From Nitrospirota bacterium (GTDB lineage Bacteria > Nitrospirota > UBA9217): a stretch of 64,000 nt of DNA. Position 1 is the first letter of the stretch; the number at the start of each line of letters is the position of its first letter. The stretch lies in the NCBI GenBank assembly GCA_963737155.1, contig CAVTRN010000001.1, forward strand, positions 96,001-160,000. The letters are read 5' to 3'. The notes under the pieces were generated by a model, which searched no databases, was not told where the DNA came from, and saw only the letters and a list, made by a program, of their open reading frames with translations. The translations under genes were made by a program, and so were the position numbers. Below are positions 52,765 through 63,781 of this stretch, piece by piece.

Positions 52765-55596
52765 ATGACTTGGCAACAGATGACTTCACGGATATGGAAA
52801 AGGTATTTAATTGCCATACTTATCGTTGCTGCGGCCAGTGCAATACGTGAAATGCTTTTCGAAAGTTTTGGGAGAGGAACTGCCTACCTGACATATTATC
52901 CGGCCATTCTGATCGCTTCTGTCTTCGGAGGCTTGATTGCTGGTTTACTTGCAACAGCCCTTTCAGCGGTGTTTTCTTATTTTTGGATCCTAAAGGGATT
53001 TCAGTCTCTCACTGAAGAGCTAGGAATGGGGTTCTTCATAATCAACTGTCTGATGATCTGCAGTATTGCCGAGTTCATGCGGCGTTCGAATGTCCGGGCA
53101 AAGGAGTTACAGTTGAAAGCCGAAGCTTCGGAAAAAGCCAAAAGCTCGTTCCTCCTGGAATTAGAGAGACTTAATATAGAGCTCAAGAAAAAGACGATGG
53201 ATATGGAGGATGCACAACGCCTGTCGGGCATCGGAAGTTGGATGTATGATCCAGTTATCAAGCAGCTTGAATGGTCAGACGAAATGTTTGACATTTGGAG
53301 ATTGGATCCCGCACTTGGCCCACCCGACTTTCGTGATCTCCAGAAATATATTCATTCTGAGGATTTCCCAAGGTTTGATGAAGCGGTAAAAGAAGCCGTC
53401 GAGCACGGTAAACCATATAATATAGAACTTGGTATCAGTCGTCCCGATGGTGTCGAAAAGATGATTAGCGCTATCTGTGAACCGCAGTATGACGCGGCCG
53501 GTAAATTAATGGGGCTAAGGGGCACCAATCAGGACATTACAGAGCGCAAGCAGGCTGAAGAGGAAATTAACCGAAACTATAATACGCAAGTAGTTATAAA
53601 TTCATTACTGCGCCTCTCCCTAGAAAGGATCCCGCTTGAGGATATTCTTAGCCGCGCCCTGGAACTTATCCTCTCGATCCCCTGGCTTGTCTCTCAATCG
53701 AGAGGTAGTATATTTCTTATTGAAAATGACCCTGAATTATTGATTTTAAAAGCCCAGAGGAATCTTGACGAGAGAATTCAAAAAGTGTGTGCACTTCTCC
53801 CCATAGGCAAATGTCTTTGCGGACGGGCTGCCTTAACACAAAACATAGTATTTGCCGATAGCATTGATGAGCGCCATGAAATCAGTTACGACGGCATCTA
53901 TCCACATGGCCATTACTGTGTCCCTATTATCTTCGCCAAGAAGGTACTCGGGGTGATAAATGTCTATGTGAACAGTGGGCATAAACGTAATGAACGAGAA
54001 GAAGAATTGCTCATAACAATCGCGAACACATTGGCAGGGATCATCGTACGCAGGCAGGCGGAAGATTCGCTCGTAGAAAGCGAACAAAAATTACAGGCCA
54101 TCACCGATACGGCCTCCGATGCCATTATCTTGATCGATCATGACGAAAAGATCATCTATTGGAATACGTCTGCAACCAGAATGCTCGGTTATGAGCCAGA
54201 GGAGATCATGGGGAAAAACATCATGATCATCATGCCTCTCCGGTACAGAGAAACGCATGCGCGGGCGTTTAAGAAATTCATAGAAACCGGCCAGGGTACC
54301 TTGTTTGGGAAGACGTATGAAGTTTTTACAGTCAAGAAAGACGGCACCGAAATTCCGGTCGAGCTGGCCGTTTCGGGCATCAGCCTCAATGGTGAGTGGC
54401 ATGCGGCAGGGATCATCCGTGATATCTCGGAGCGGAAAATACTTGAGGGCCAGCTAATGCAAGCTCAGAAAATGGAGGCGGTTGGCCAGCTTTCAGGAGG
54501 AATCGCCCACGATTTCAACAATATTCTTACGGTCATTATAGGCTATGGAAACATCCTCCAGATCAAGATGAAAGAAGATGATCAGCTTCGTTCCCATGTC
54601 GGGCATATACTCGAAGCAGCCGGCCGTGCGGCCAGCTTGACCCAAAGCCTTCTGGCGTTTAGCAGACAACAGATTTTAAACCCTCGCCCACATGATCTGA
54701 ATGAGATTATTCGACGTGTGGAAAATCTTTTACGGAGAGTCATCGGAGAGGACATTGATCTCCATACTACCCTCAAACATGTAACCTTGACGGTTAACGC
54801 GGACAGCGGTCAAATCGAACAGGCTTTGATGAACCTCGCAACCAATGCAAGGGATGCAATGCCACATGGAGGCTCCTTAGCTGTAGAGACCGATGTAACA
54901 GAGCTGGACAATGCCTTTATCCGGGGATATGGTTATGGTGAGGTGGGAACGTATGCTGTTGTATCGGTAAAAGATACAGGGACAGGAATGGACAGCGTTA
55001 CTCAGAAGCGGATTTTTGAACCTTTCTTTACAACCAAAGAGTTGGGGAAAGGAACCGGCCTCGGGCTTGCGATGGTATACGGAATCGTAAAGCAGCATCA
55101 CGGGTTCATCAATGTTTACAGTGAACCTGGTAAAGGAACCACATTTAAAATATATTTGCCCCTCATTGATACAAAGCTTGAAGAACTGAAGCTTCCGACT
55201 AATATTCCCGAGGATAAACTGCCACATGGCTCGGAAACCGTACTTATCGCAGAGGATGATGAAACACTCCGGCTGCTTTTTAGATCTGTGCTTACCGAGT
55301 CTGGTTACCATGTGATCGAGGCAGAGAATGGTATTGAGGCTGTAATAAAATTTATGAATAACAAGAACATGATTAAGATCGTCCTCCTGGATATTATTAT
55401 GCCTAAGAAAGGCGGAAAAGAAGCGTATGAAGAGATAATAAAAGTTCGGCCTGACGTTAAATTTCTCTTAATGAGCGGCTATACCGCTGACATTAAGATT
55501 GCCGAGGAACTCCGTCGGAAAGGTGTCGAATTCATGTTAAAACCCATTTCACCAAGGGACCTCCTTAAACGCGTCAGAGCATGTCTTGATTCATAG
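52765..55596 (+). CDS. Hybrid sensor kinase (DUF4118-like TM, PAS, GAF, PAS, HisKA, HATPase, REC)
   Basis: YLTYYPAI, GKCLCGRAA...[22 protein letters not shown] and REC domain. Confidence 0.93.
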   Translation: MTWQQMTSRIWKRYLIAILIVAAASAIREMLFESFGRGTAYLTYYPAILIASVFGGLIAGLLATALSAVFSYFWILKGFQSLTEELGMGFFIINCLMICSIAEFMRRSNVRAKELQLKAEASEKAKSSFLLELERLNIELKKKTMDMEDAQRLSGIGSWMYDPVIKQLEWSDEMFDIWRLDPALGPPDFRDLQKYIHSEDFPRFDEAVKEAVEHGKPYNIELGISRPDGVEKMISAICEPQYDAAGKLMGLRGTNQDITERKQAEEEINRNYNTQVVINSLLRLSLERIPLEDILSRALELILSIPWLVSQSRGSIFLIENDPELLILKAQRNLDERIQKVCALLPIGKCLCGRAALTQNIVFADSIDERHEISYDGIYPHGHYCVPIIFAKKVLGVINVYVNSGHKRNEREEELLITIANTLAGIIVRRQAEDSLVESEQKLQAITDTASDAIILIDHDEKIIYWNTSATRMLGYEPEEIMGKNIMIIMPLRYRETHARAFKKFIETGQGTLFGKTYEVFTVKKDGTEIPVELAVSGISLNGEWHAAGIIRDISERKILEGQLMQAQKMEAVGQLSGGIAHDFNNILTVIIGYGNILQIKMKEDDQLRSHVGHILEAAGRAASLTQSLLAFSRQQILNPRPHDLNEIIRRVENLLRRVIGEDIDLHTTLKHVTLTVNADSGQIEQALMNLATNARDAMPHGGSLAVETDVTELDNAFIRGYGYGEVGTYAVVSVKDTGTGMDSVTQKRIFEPFFTTKELGKGTGLGLAMVYGIVKQHHGFINVYSEPGKGTTFKIYLPLIDTKLEELKLPTNIPEDKLPHGSETVLIAEDDETLRLLFRSVLTESGYHVIEAENGIEAVIKFMNNKNMIKIVLLDIIMPKKGGKEAYEEIIKVRPDVKFLLMSGYTADIKIAEELRRKGVEFMLKPISPRDLLKRVRACLDS

Positions 55597-55816
55597 TATC
55601 CGCAGAATAACCTGTTCAAGAAGTTTGGTTAATAGTGAAATTAGGAAAACAATATCCTGTTAGCAGCACGGGTTGCCAACGCGTTGATGGTGATAAATCC
55701 AACTATCACTCATGGCTATTTCAGCATTGATAAGATTATGCCATCTACCCCGTCTTTCCCTTGCAGGGTACTACTGGTGGTTTTTGCCCTCATCAAGATG
55801 TTGGCAGTGCAAGCCA

Positions 55817-55913
55817 GTAGGTGGAATAGAGTTTCGTATCAAATTAGCGGGGGTGCAGAATTATTTTTATGTTAGTGCATTTTGTGATAAAGTTTTCTAT
55901 CATCAACTTCCTG
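55817..55913 (+). repeat. Dispersed repeat, copy 5
   Basis: GTAGGTG...ATTAGCGGGGGTGCAGAATT...TGCATTTTGTGATAAAGTTTTCT...CTTCCTG. Confidence 0.65.
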
Positions 55914-56385
55914 GAGTCTATGGCAGTTGCACTTTTTGGAAATTGAGGACTTCACGTTGAAATGGTCAGCATAGGGTTAAACTCGAACCCATCCGATCGT
56001 AACCTTCCCCGCGGAGTACATCCCCTTGGCGAACAGATTTCTTTTATCGCATCTTATCTAATATTCGCACAAGATATTAGTATTGCTCATCGTGCTGGAT
56101 TTTGAGTTTCAACAATAACTGTGTAGGGGAGTTTCAGGTAAAGCAATACTCCAGAAAATCGGCGTATCAAGGACGTGTGGCTGCCGAAACGTCGCATTGA
56201 TGTATATTAACTAAAGTGTGTGGGACTAGAGATCGAGGCGTATTTGCAATAGTGACACTGCTACAACGACCGGGCATTGCGGGTGGCAATAAGAAGTTCC
56301 ATAATTAAAAAGAGGCAATGGTCGGAGCCTAGAAAATACATAAGTAGCCTGATCATGAAGTATACCTTATTACAATTGTGAAACC

Positions 56386-57033
56386 ATGCAGATAATCGAG
56401 TGTGAATCCGGAATTCAGGCTACGATCATGCCGGGTGAATATTATGCCACCGACAGGAACGTGATGATACGTACATTGCTCGGATCGTGCGTGGCAGCCT
56501 GTCTGTTTGATCCGGAGAGCGGAGTCATCGGGATGAATCATTTTCTCCTGAGCAACCGCCGGTATGCCAAGAACCTGCCGGTTTGCCTGAGTGAAGCGGG
56601 GAAATACGGCATCCATGCCATGGAACTGCTTATTAACGAGATGCTGCAAAAAGGTGCGAAGCGGCGAAACTTACGCGCCAAGGCTTTTGGTGGCAGCACG
56701 ATGTACCGGGTGTCGGCGACGCGAGATAATTTTTTCTGTGTCGGCGAAGTCAACGTCCGCTTTATCCGCGAGTTTCTAAAAAACGAGGATATACCGCTGA
56801 TTGCGGAGGACCTTGGCGGTGAGATCACGCGGGTCATCCATTTTATGCCCGAAGATTATTCGGTCCATGTGAGAATAACCCGCAAAGCATCTGCGTCCAC
56901 CATCAACCAGGAAGAATGGCAGTTCTGGAAAAAAGAGCATAAATGCCCAGGAAAGCTCCAAACCGCAAGTCGACCTCTGGGAGTAGTTTTCAACAGGCCT
57001 TTAAAAAAGACTCCATATATCCTGCGTTATTGA
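56386..57033 (+). CDS. cheD: Chemoreceptor glutamine deamidase CheD, C-terminal tail probably frameshifted
   Basis: PGEYY, TLLGSCVAACL, GMNHFLL, YGIHAMELLIN, AKAFGG and EDLGG. Confidence 0.9.
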   Translation: MQIIECESGIQATIMPGEYYATDRNVMIRTLLGSCVAACLFDPESGVIGMNHFLLSNRRYAKNLPVCLSEAGKYGIHAMELLINEMLQKGAKRRNLRAKAFGGSTMYRVSATRDNFFCVGEVNVRFIREFLKNEDIPLIAEDLGGEITRVIHFMPEDYSVHVRITRKASASTINQEEWQFWKKEHKCPGKLQTASRPLGVVFNRPLKKTPYILRY

Positions 57034-57547
57034 ATGGCAAGCTCATATGCATTCGGAGAAATGGTTGTTTATTGTAGGCAGTGTGATAATTCTCGTTCCA
57101 TCTCGCATTATAGATAGCAAAACCATAAAATCCTTGACTGGCAGATATTTTTTCGTGATAATGTACTGCTACCCTGCGACTCCCTTACCTGCGATTTAAA
57201 ATCCAAGCCTGGACATTGCAGGCGTGCGAATATGTTACTGAACGTTAGCAGGGTGATCAAGGTTTTACACTACACGTGGTTTGGCAAGACCTGATGCTTA
57301 TGCACGACAGTCTGCAACATTCGACAGTTGCTTGATTACCCAATGCTTTTGCCTGCATGCTATACTCTCGCTTGCTTCTTTCCTGCTCTTGATCCGAGGG
57401 AATATGAAAGTTGCTTGATAAAATAATCAGCATGCCTGAAATGGCGGGTACAAGAGCATGATAAAACTCTGAGAAGCATATGACCTTGCACCAATCTAGG
57501 CGATTTTTCCTGGACCTTGTTCATGAGAAGAGGAATCGGAATTAACA

Positions 57548-58383
57548 TGCCACTCGTGCTCAATACAAACATCGATGCGCTGGTGAATAAGAAAATAAAG
57601 GGGAAAATTGCGCGGATCGGCGGCACCGTAAATCAACTCCTGCAATATGAAGGATGCACTGTGGAAGATATTAATCTTCTAGACGGAGGGTATGGCATCA
57701 TAGCGGAAATACAGAATGCCGGTAATCTTTACCAGATGTACAGATCGATTAAAAAAATTATGAAACAGGAGGTCAGATTTTTTAAGAAAGGGCATCGTAT
57801 GCCGCGAGACAGGAAGACGCTTATTTTAGATCTGCATAAAGCGTATCTGCAAAGCGGTCTTTCAGCCAAATATGACTGCTCCATTTCGAGTAATTTAATT
57901 GAACATTCGCCGAATCCCATTCTTCTCCTATTGAATTTTTATTACATAACGAAAGAGGGCGGATATCAGTATCATGCGATTCCCCATTATAAATATACAT
58001 TCGACATGTACAGAAATCCGACAACTATTGAGCATTTAATCGCGGATTTTGAAAGCATGACGACTGACGCGGATTCATCGCATCGGGAAGACTATAGACA
58101 GTCGGCTGTGGTCAAACACGGATGGCAAAGAGATTTTCACAAAAAATATCCAATGTCCTATCCTTATATGCATTATCATGTCTTTGATGAAGTGAATGTA
58201 AGGCAACTGGCTGACTTCATGTTTGAAGATGTTTGCAATGATATCCTTACGGATGACGAATTTTCCGATAATGTCGTGATCTTTCGTAACACATTAAACG
58301 ATAACTTTTGCAGACGATTTGCAAAACTTATTGACTTTTATCTGGGCAAACAACGAGTCTCGCATGATGCACCAAACGCCTAG
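57548..58383 (+). CDS. Class I SAM methyltransferase-like protein
   Basis: YDCSISSNLIEHSPNPI...KEGG...IPH..YTFD..R. The SAM motif I is weak and the start is uncertain. Confidence 0.6.
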
Positions 58384-58739
58384 ATTTACAAAAGACGCGT
58401 TTTAAAGTAACCCTATTCTCATCGACGTCGATAAGCTACCTAGTGCACATGCTCTGGTCCGCACGGATGTAAATATTTTCTCGCATCCATCATTGACCTT
58501 ATTCCACTTAGTGAGCAAAGTGAATAATTCGGCTCAAGGAATCCCGCGGTTTCACTAAAATTGATCCGGCCAAAGTGGAATTTATGACAAGGTTTTCTAT
58601 TAATTTCTCCTTCCTGGTAGCAAACGAGTTTACATTCCTTGCAAGAGTGTGATTTACAACTTGAAATTTTCATAGCTCCCCCCGGAAAGAAGTGACGAGA
58701 ATCACATCCTATAGAAGTTGACTCTGATACACTTCCAAT

Positions 58740-60080
58740 ATGAAACGGATGCTAACAGATCAATTCTATGAAGAGACTACATCTACCTCACCGCATGGCG
58801 AAGATATGGTCAGGTGTTCAGAGATCTTCTATTCCTTAATACTCGTACTTCTCGTTTTAGCTCCATCCGCCTGCAAGGGTAGCGGTTCCAACGGGACCAT
58901 GCCAGCCACCGCGACCATGACGGTGCCTGTAATCTCTGCCTTTACTGCCTCTCCCTCGGTCATTGCATCAGGACAGTCCACCCAATTGGCTTGGAACGTG
59001 AACAATGCCGATAGTCTCCTGTTGAATGGTATTGCAATTACAGGCGTGGTCACGAACATCAGTCCAGCGACAACCACCACCTATACCCTCGTAGCCTCAA
59101 ACAGCGCTGGCAGTACTTCCGCCTCAGCAACGGTCACAGTTGGCACTCTAACGTTGACCTATGGAAACATGAGTGCTGCGGACCTCGGCGCTGGGGCCAA
59201 CTTGAATGGCACCATTCCCTTTCCTGCAAACAATGCTTGGAATACAGACATATCAACAGCCCCCGTGGACACTAATTCAGGAACTCTTATCAGCAGTATC
59301 GGCCTTGGGACTGGGCTCCATCCTGATTTCGGATCGGGGTTGTACTCTGGTGCGCCAATTGGGATCCCCTACGTTGTTGTTTCAGATAGCCAACCTCTGG
59401 TTACCGTGCTATTCGTCTCCTATGCGGACGAAAGCGATCCTGGTCCATATCCCGTGCCGATGGACGCACCGATCGAAGGCCAGCAGGCTGACGGCTCAGC
59501 CTTCGGTGGCGACCGTCATGTGCTGGTAATTGATCGCGATGCAAATCTCCTGTATGAGTTGGCTAATGCCTACCCGCAGAGCAACGGGACCTGGCAGGCC
59601 AGCTGCGGAGCGGTGTTTCACATGGATTCAAACAATGTCCGTCCCAACGCACAGCCGGGTTGGACAAGCGCCGATGCAGCTGGCCTGCCCATCTTCCCGG
59701 GCCTTGTCCGTTATGAAGAAGCATCAAGCGGTGCGATAAGCCATGCCCTTCGTTTCACAGTTGACACTACCCGGCAAGCTTACGTGCCTCCTGCCACGCA
59801 CTGGGCTTCCAGCAACACGAGTCCTGATTTGCCTCCCATGGGGATGCGCGTGCGTCTGAAATCCGACTTTGTTATCCCTAATGGATTCAGCACGGAATCT
59901 AAAGCAATTCTCCAAGCGCTAAAGACCTATGGCATGTTTGTAGCCGACAATGGCTCCAATTGGTATATTAGCGGCGCTCCAGATTCCCGATGGAACAATG
60001 ATACCCTGGTTAACGAACTTGGCAGTGTGGAAGGGTCCAATTTCGAGGTCGTTCGCATGGATGGGTTGGTGACTCCTTAA
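58740..60080 (+). CDS. Exported protein with Ig-like domain plus conserved uncharacterised domain
   Basis: Hydrophobic segment ending in PSAC, ISAFTASP...LAW...TTYTL, GDRHVLVID, WTSADAAGLPIFPGL and HALRFT. Start may be 58806. Confidence 0.75.
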   Translation: MKRMLTDQFYEETTSTSPHGEDMVRCSEIFYSLILVLLVLAPSACKGSGSNGTMPATATMTVPVISAFTASPSVIASGQSTQLAWNVNNADSLLLNGIAITGVVTNISPATTTTYTLVASNSAGSTSASATVTVGTLTLTYGNMSAADLGAGANLNGTIPFPANNAWNTDISTAPVDTNSGTLISSIGLGTGLHPDFGSGLYSGAPIGIPYVVVSDSQPLVTVLFVSYADESDPGPYPVPMDAPIEGQQADGSAFGGDRHVLVIDRDANLLYELANAYPQSNGTWQASCGAVFHMDSNNVRPNAQPGWTSADAAGLPIFPGLVRYEEASSGAISHALRFTVDTTRQAYVPPATHWASSNTSPDLPPMGMRVRLKSDFVIPNGFSTESKAILQALKTYGMFVADNGSNWYISGAPDSRWNNDTLVNELGSVEGSNFEVVRMDGLVTP

Positions 60081-60340
60081 TTTATGTTGAATTTGGATTT
60101 CTAAACATAACAGATTCATCCCGAAGCGTCGAAGCTTCTATTCTCTGCAGGACATAAAATTACAACCCGTATCCATTAACATTATACTCAGAAAATACCC
60201 TACCATAATCAGCACAAAATCCCCAAAAACCCTTGACTGAAAATGTTCATTCTGAGATACTCTTCCCACCCACGTCGTTAATAAATTGCTTTATGCTGAA
60301 TAAAGGCTATTCGAAATAAAGAATACCAAAATGCATTAAT

Positions 60341-61081
60341 ATGAGTGACCCTAATCAATTAAAATGGAGAGCAGCTAAAAAATTCCTTCAGAGTAATTAT
60401 CGTTGTTGCTTTAGATGGATGGTTGGGCTATGTATAGCACTATTTGCACTCTTACCGCACCTAGGCCACGCGTTTGACTGGCAATCTGTTGACAACACGA
60501 CTGACGGGATCCAGATTTTCAGGAAGGAAGCAAAAGGCAGCGGGCTGATTGCGATTCGGGGTATCGGCGTCGTCGACGCGCCATTACCCTTAGTAGCGAC
60601 GGTCATCTTCGATACCGACAGGCGGCGAAAGTGGGTAGCGGGCCTCGTCGACTCTAGGATCATCCGTTGGGGCAACAAGGACAATTTCATTGAGTACGAC
60701 CATATTCGAATGCCACCATTCCTCAAGGATCGTGATTTTGTATCGACAGGCAAAATGAGCTTCGATCTGTCCAAGAAGGAGATGGTCTTCCATTATCAGC
60801 CGTCAGACGATCCCTCTGCTCCGCGTACCGACTACATTCGTGGCGAAATTCTCGACACGACCTTTATCCTGAGTTCTATAGATAACGATAAGAAGACCAG
60901 AGTCGATGCGGAGTTCCTTTGCGATCCGAAAGGGTGGATTCCGAAATGGGCCGTTAATTTTTACCTTAAGGCCTGGCCGAAGACGACTTTTAGAAATTTG
61001 CGGAAGGAGGTCCTGCAAGACCTCTCGGTCGACACACGGTTCTCCCGGCTGCTTAAAGGCGGGAGTATCCGCCAGAAATAA
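60341..61081 (+). CDS. START-domain lipid-binding protein
   Basis: W...DGIQIF, PPFLKDRDFV and DPKGWIPKWAVN. Confidence 0.85.
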   Translation: MSDPNQLKWRAAKKFLQSNYRCCFRWMVGLCIALFALLPHLGHAFDWQSVDNTTDGIQIFRKEAKGSGLIAIRGIGVVDAPLPLVATVIFDTDRRRKWVAGLVDSRIIRWGNKDNFIEYDHIRMPPFLKDRDFVSTGKMSFDLSKKEMVFHYQPSDDPSAPRTDYIRGEILDTTFILSSIDNDKKTRVDAEFLCDPKGWIPKWAVNFYLKAWPKTTFRNLRKEVLQDLSVDTRFSRLLKGGSIRQK

Positions 61082-61395
61082 CCTATGTGATTAAAATCGG
61101 TTACATCCTGCAGCCAGCGATAGTTGTATCACATTGAACTTTCAACATTCTTCCTGTAGCCACACTTGTTGCGTAATATCAAAATTGCGCAAAAATTAAA
61201 AATCTTCACGCAAAAAAGCGGCATCCCTGAAAATACGTCCTTTTGAAACGGGTTATCTTTGCTTTACAAATTAGATTTTTGTTTATATACTTCATATTAT
61301 TTTCTCGTCAACAGAAGAGGCGTTCTGTAAGTGGATAGCAAAGATGGCCAGTGGACACGCTAGCAGTAGCAAACATCCATTCGATCGGGGGAACT

Positions 61396-62076
61396 ATGAA
61401 AATCAACTCTTTCTTTAACCGAATCTGCCATTCTCCAATTCCTCGCCGCGCCGTCATGATGGTTGCGCTGATTACGCTGGCTTGGAGTAGCCTCGCCTTC
61501 TGCGGCGAGGTTCATGACGCGGCTCGGGGTGGTGACTTGGGAAAGGTCAAAGCGCTCCTCAAAAACAGTCCTGATCTGGTTTTCAGCAAAGACAACAACG
61601 GGGCGACGCCTTTGGACTATGCAGCCCAATATGGCCAGAAGGACGTGGCGGAATTACTGCTGGCCGACAAAGCCGATGTCAATGCCAAGGACAACTTCGG
61701 CAAGATGCCTTTGCACTATGCGGCGCAATATGGCCGGAAGGACGTGGCGGAATTACTGCTGGCCAACAAAGCCGATGTCAATGCCAAGGACAACGTCGGC
61801 CAGACGCCTTTGCACTATGCGGCGCAATATGGCCAGAAGGACGTGGCGGAATTACTACTGGCCAACAAAGCCGATGTCAATGCCAAGACCAAACAACGTG
61901 TGACACCTCTGCACTTGGCAGCGCAACAGGGTTACCAGGAGATGGTGGAATTGCTGCTGGCGAATAAGGCCGACGTCAATGCCAAGACCAGCTTCGGATG
62001 GACACCTTTGTACGTGGCGGCCCAAAACGGCCACAAGGAGGTGGCAACATTGCTGAGTCAGCATGGTGGCCATTAA
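61396..62076 (+). CDS. Secreted ankyrin-repeat protein
   Basis: Signal peptide and TPLHYAAQYGQKDVAELLLANKADVNAKD repeats. Confidence 0.95.
   Translation: MKINSFFNRICHSPIPRRAVMMVALITLAWSSLAFCGEVHDAARGGDLGKVKALLKNSPDLVFSKDNNGATPLDYAAQYGQKDVAELLLADKADVNAKDNFGKMPLHYAAQYGRKDVAELLLANKADVNAKDNVGQTPLHYAAQYGQKDVAELLLANKADVNAKTKQRVTPLHLAAQQGYQEMVELLLANKADVNAKTSFGWTPLYVAAQNGHKEVATLLSQHGGH
61606..61902 (+). repeat. Three near-identical 99-bp tandem units (ankyrin repeats)
   Basis: GAAGGACGTGGCGGAATTACT...CAAAGCCGATGTCAATGCCAAG repeats with a 99-bp period. Confidence 0.9.
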
Positions 62077-62524
62077 TAAACTGTAGCGAAACATAAAAGC
62101 AAGCTAACATTTTCAAGCTGGATTTCAAGAAATCTGATCTCCGCCGAGATGCATGCTGCAACTAGGAATCCTTATAAGTTTCAGTTTTATTCAATTGCGG
62201 GCTTGTATGTGAAGCCCGGAAATCCAGGACCACAAGAAAAATGAATAAATTCGTTTGACGTTTTAAGTCAATGATCCTACTTGTGGCTGGTTTAGTTTTT
62301 TCTGTTCGAAGACTAAGGATTTTGAGAATGGATGTCCACTCGCATGCTGTCGTTCGCCTTATACTTCTTATGAATGTGTTAATGGTACCTCGGATGCCGA
62401 GAGTCGAACAGGACGGATCCAAAGGTAAATGAGATGCCAAACCACCAGTTACACACGGACGGTTTGTGCCCGTCGCCGCCCCATCGTAACCGTGGCAGGA
62501 ACCGAATCTTAGTTTGAAACCGAT

Positions 62525-62561
62525 AAAAAAAACGCGGACAGCGTGACCTGTTTCCGCGTTT
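62525..62561 (-). terminator. Intrinsic terminator
   Basis: On the minus strand, ACGCGGA(AA)CAG-loop-CTGTCCGCG followed by T8. Confidence 0.75.
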
Positions 62562-62614
62562 GGTGTTCTCATCATACCGGCTGCTTAAACTTCCGTTTAT
62601 CCTTAGAGATATCT

Positions 62615-63421
62615 TTACCGTCTTTCACCACGAAATGCGGGCCGATGGAGTCGTCCACCATAGTGCGCTCTATCGCGATTATATCGGCCGAACTCTACGT
62701 CACGAAAATGCCGGATTTGTCCAATTCGGTACATGAGTAAAGCTGGTGGTAAATATCTCCTGCCGGCAAACGACCACGGGCCGTTGTAATATGGCCCCCG
62801 AAACCAATGCCCACCATAGAAGTATAAATATTCACTCCCCGTGAAAAAAAGGTCATAAGGAATTCCGACTGCAACATACAAACCGAGTTCAGGCGAATAA
62901 ACGAACTGCGGTGCTTCGTCAAGATAAAACCCTGGCGGAGGCGTGACAACATCGGGTTGGGGAGACGCGGCTGCTACGGGGCCATATCCAGGCACCTGAT
63001 TCCCGTAGGCATACATGCATTGGACATACGCATTGTCATATCTGCGCTGGGCCGCCCTGCCAGAGACCTGGCCGGCGTTTGAACCGGCTGCCGTCCCAAC
63101 GAGAAGCCCCCCTACGGCACCAATGAGGGCGCCTTGTCCAGCATGGCCGGAGGCTGAACCTAAGGCTGCACCCACCCCTGCTCCTACTGCTGTTCCGGCA
63201 ACTGCTCCTGTGGCAACGTCACTTTCATAGGTCTGTCCAGGTGACATATTAAGATGTTGCTGCGCCCACTGTCTACACGTCGCATCTTCGGTTCGGAATA
63301 CGTCAAAAGGCTTTCCTGGGGCCGGCAAGACCGTGACGCTCGGCCCCGTGGGGACAGTGGCACATCCACCCACGACCAGAAGAGCAAAAGATATCAAGAT
63401 GCCTTGTTTGAATGTTAACAT
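62615..63421 (-). CDS. Glycine-zipper lipoprotein
   Basis: Lipobox VGGC, PTGPSV..LP..GKPF..F..ED..C, Gly zipper and QRRYDNAYVQCMYA.G. Confidence 0.85.
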   Translation of the reverse strand: MLTFKQGILISFALLVVGGCATVPTGPSVTVLPAPGKPFDVFRTEDATCRQWAQQHLNMSPGQTYESDVATGAVAGTAVGAGVGAALGSASGHAGQGALIGAVGGLLVGTAAGSNAGQVSGRAAQRRYDNAYVQCMYAYGNQVPGYGPVAAASPQPDVVTPPPGFYLDEAPQFVYSPELGLYVAVGIPYDLFFTGSEYLYFYGGHWFRGPYYNGPWSFAGRRYLPPALLMYRIGQIRHFRDVEFGRYNRDRAHYGGRLHRPAFRGERR

Positions 63422-63427
63422 TAGACT

Positions 63428-63781
63428 TCACTCCTTTCCCTTTGGCGGACCCGGGGTTGGAACAACCTTAATCCATCCGCTGGGACATTGTTTCACATAT
63501 GGGTAATAGGCCTTGGATTCCTGACAGTAATACCAGTAATACTGCTGTTCCTTCACCTGAGGAGCCTGTTGTTCATATATGGGGGATTGTTGCTGTATAA
63601 CAATGGGCGGCTCCGAGTAATAGTAAGGGGAGTAATAATAAGGATAGTAAGGCGCCCCCCACCACGGCCATACCGGTCCTATCCCAATGCCTACCCTCAC
63701 ACCTCCATATGTAGAACCAGGTAAGACACTTGCAAGGAGGAGTATACTGAAGGCCACAAATATATAAATTTTTGCTTTCAT
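63428..63781 (-). CDS. Secreted Tyr/Pro-rich protein
   Basis: Signal peptide and YWYYC...AYYPYVKQCPSGW. Confidence 0.8.
   Translation of the reverse strand: MKAKIYIFVAFSILLLASVLPGSTYGGVRVGIGIGPVWPWWGAPYYPYYYSPYYYSEPPIVIQQQSPIYEQQAPQVKEQQYYWYYCQESKAYYPYVKQCPSGWIKVVPTPGPPKGKE

Noticed and set aside
41568-55913. Dispersed repeats as integron attC sites
   Set aside because: No RYYYAAC/GTTRRRY ends and no integron integrase in the window. Kept as an unexplained repeat.
56120-56190. GTGGCTGCCGAA resembling a riboswitch 3' end upstream of cheD
   Set aside because: The matching 5' elements could not be found.
61606-61902. Regular repeats as a possible CRISPR array
   Set aside because: They are in-frame 99-bp coding units with no unique spacers, and no cas genes are present.
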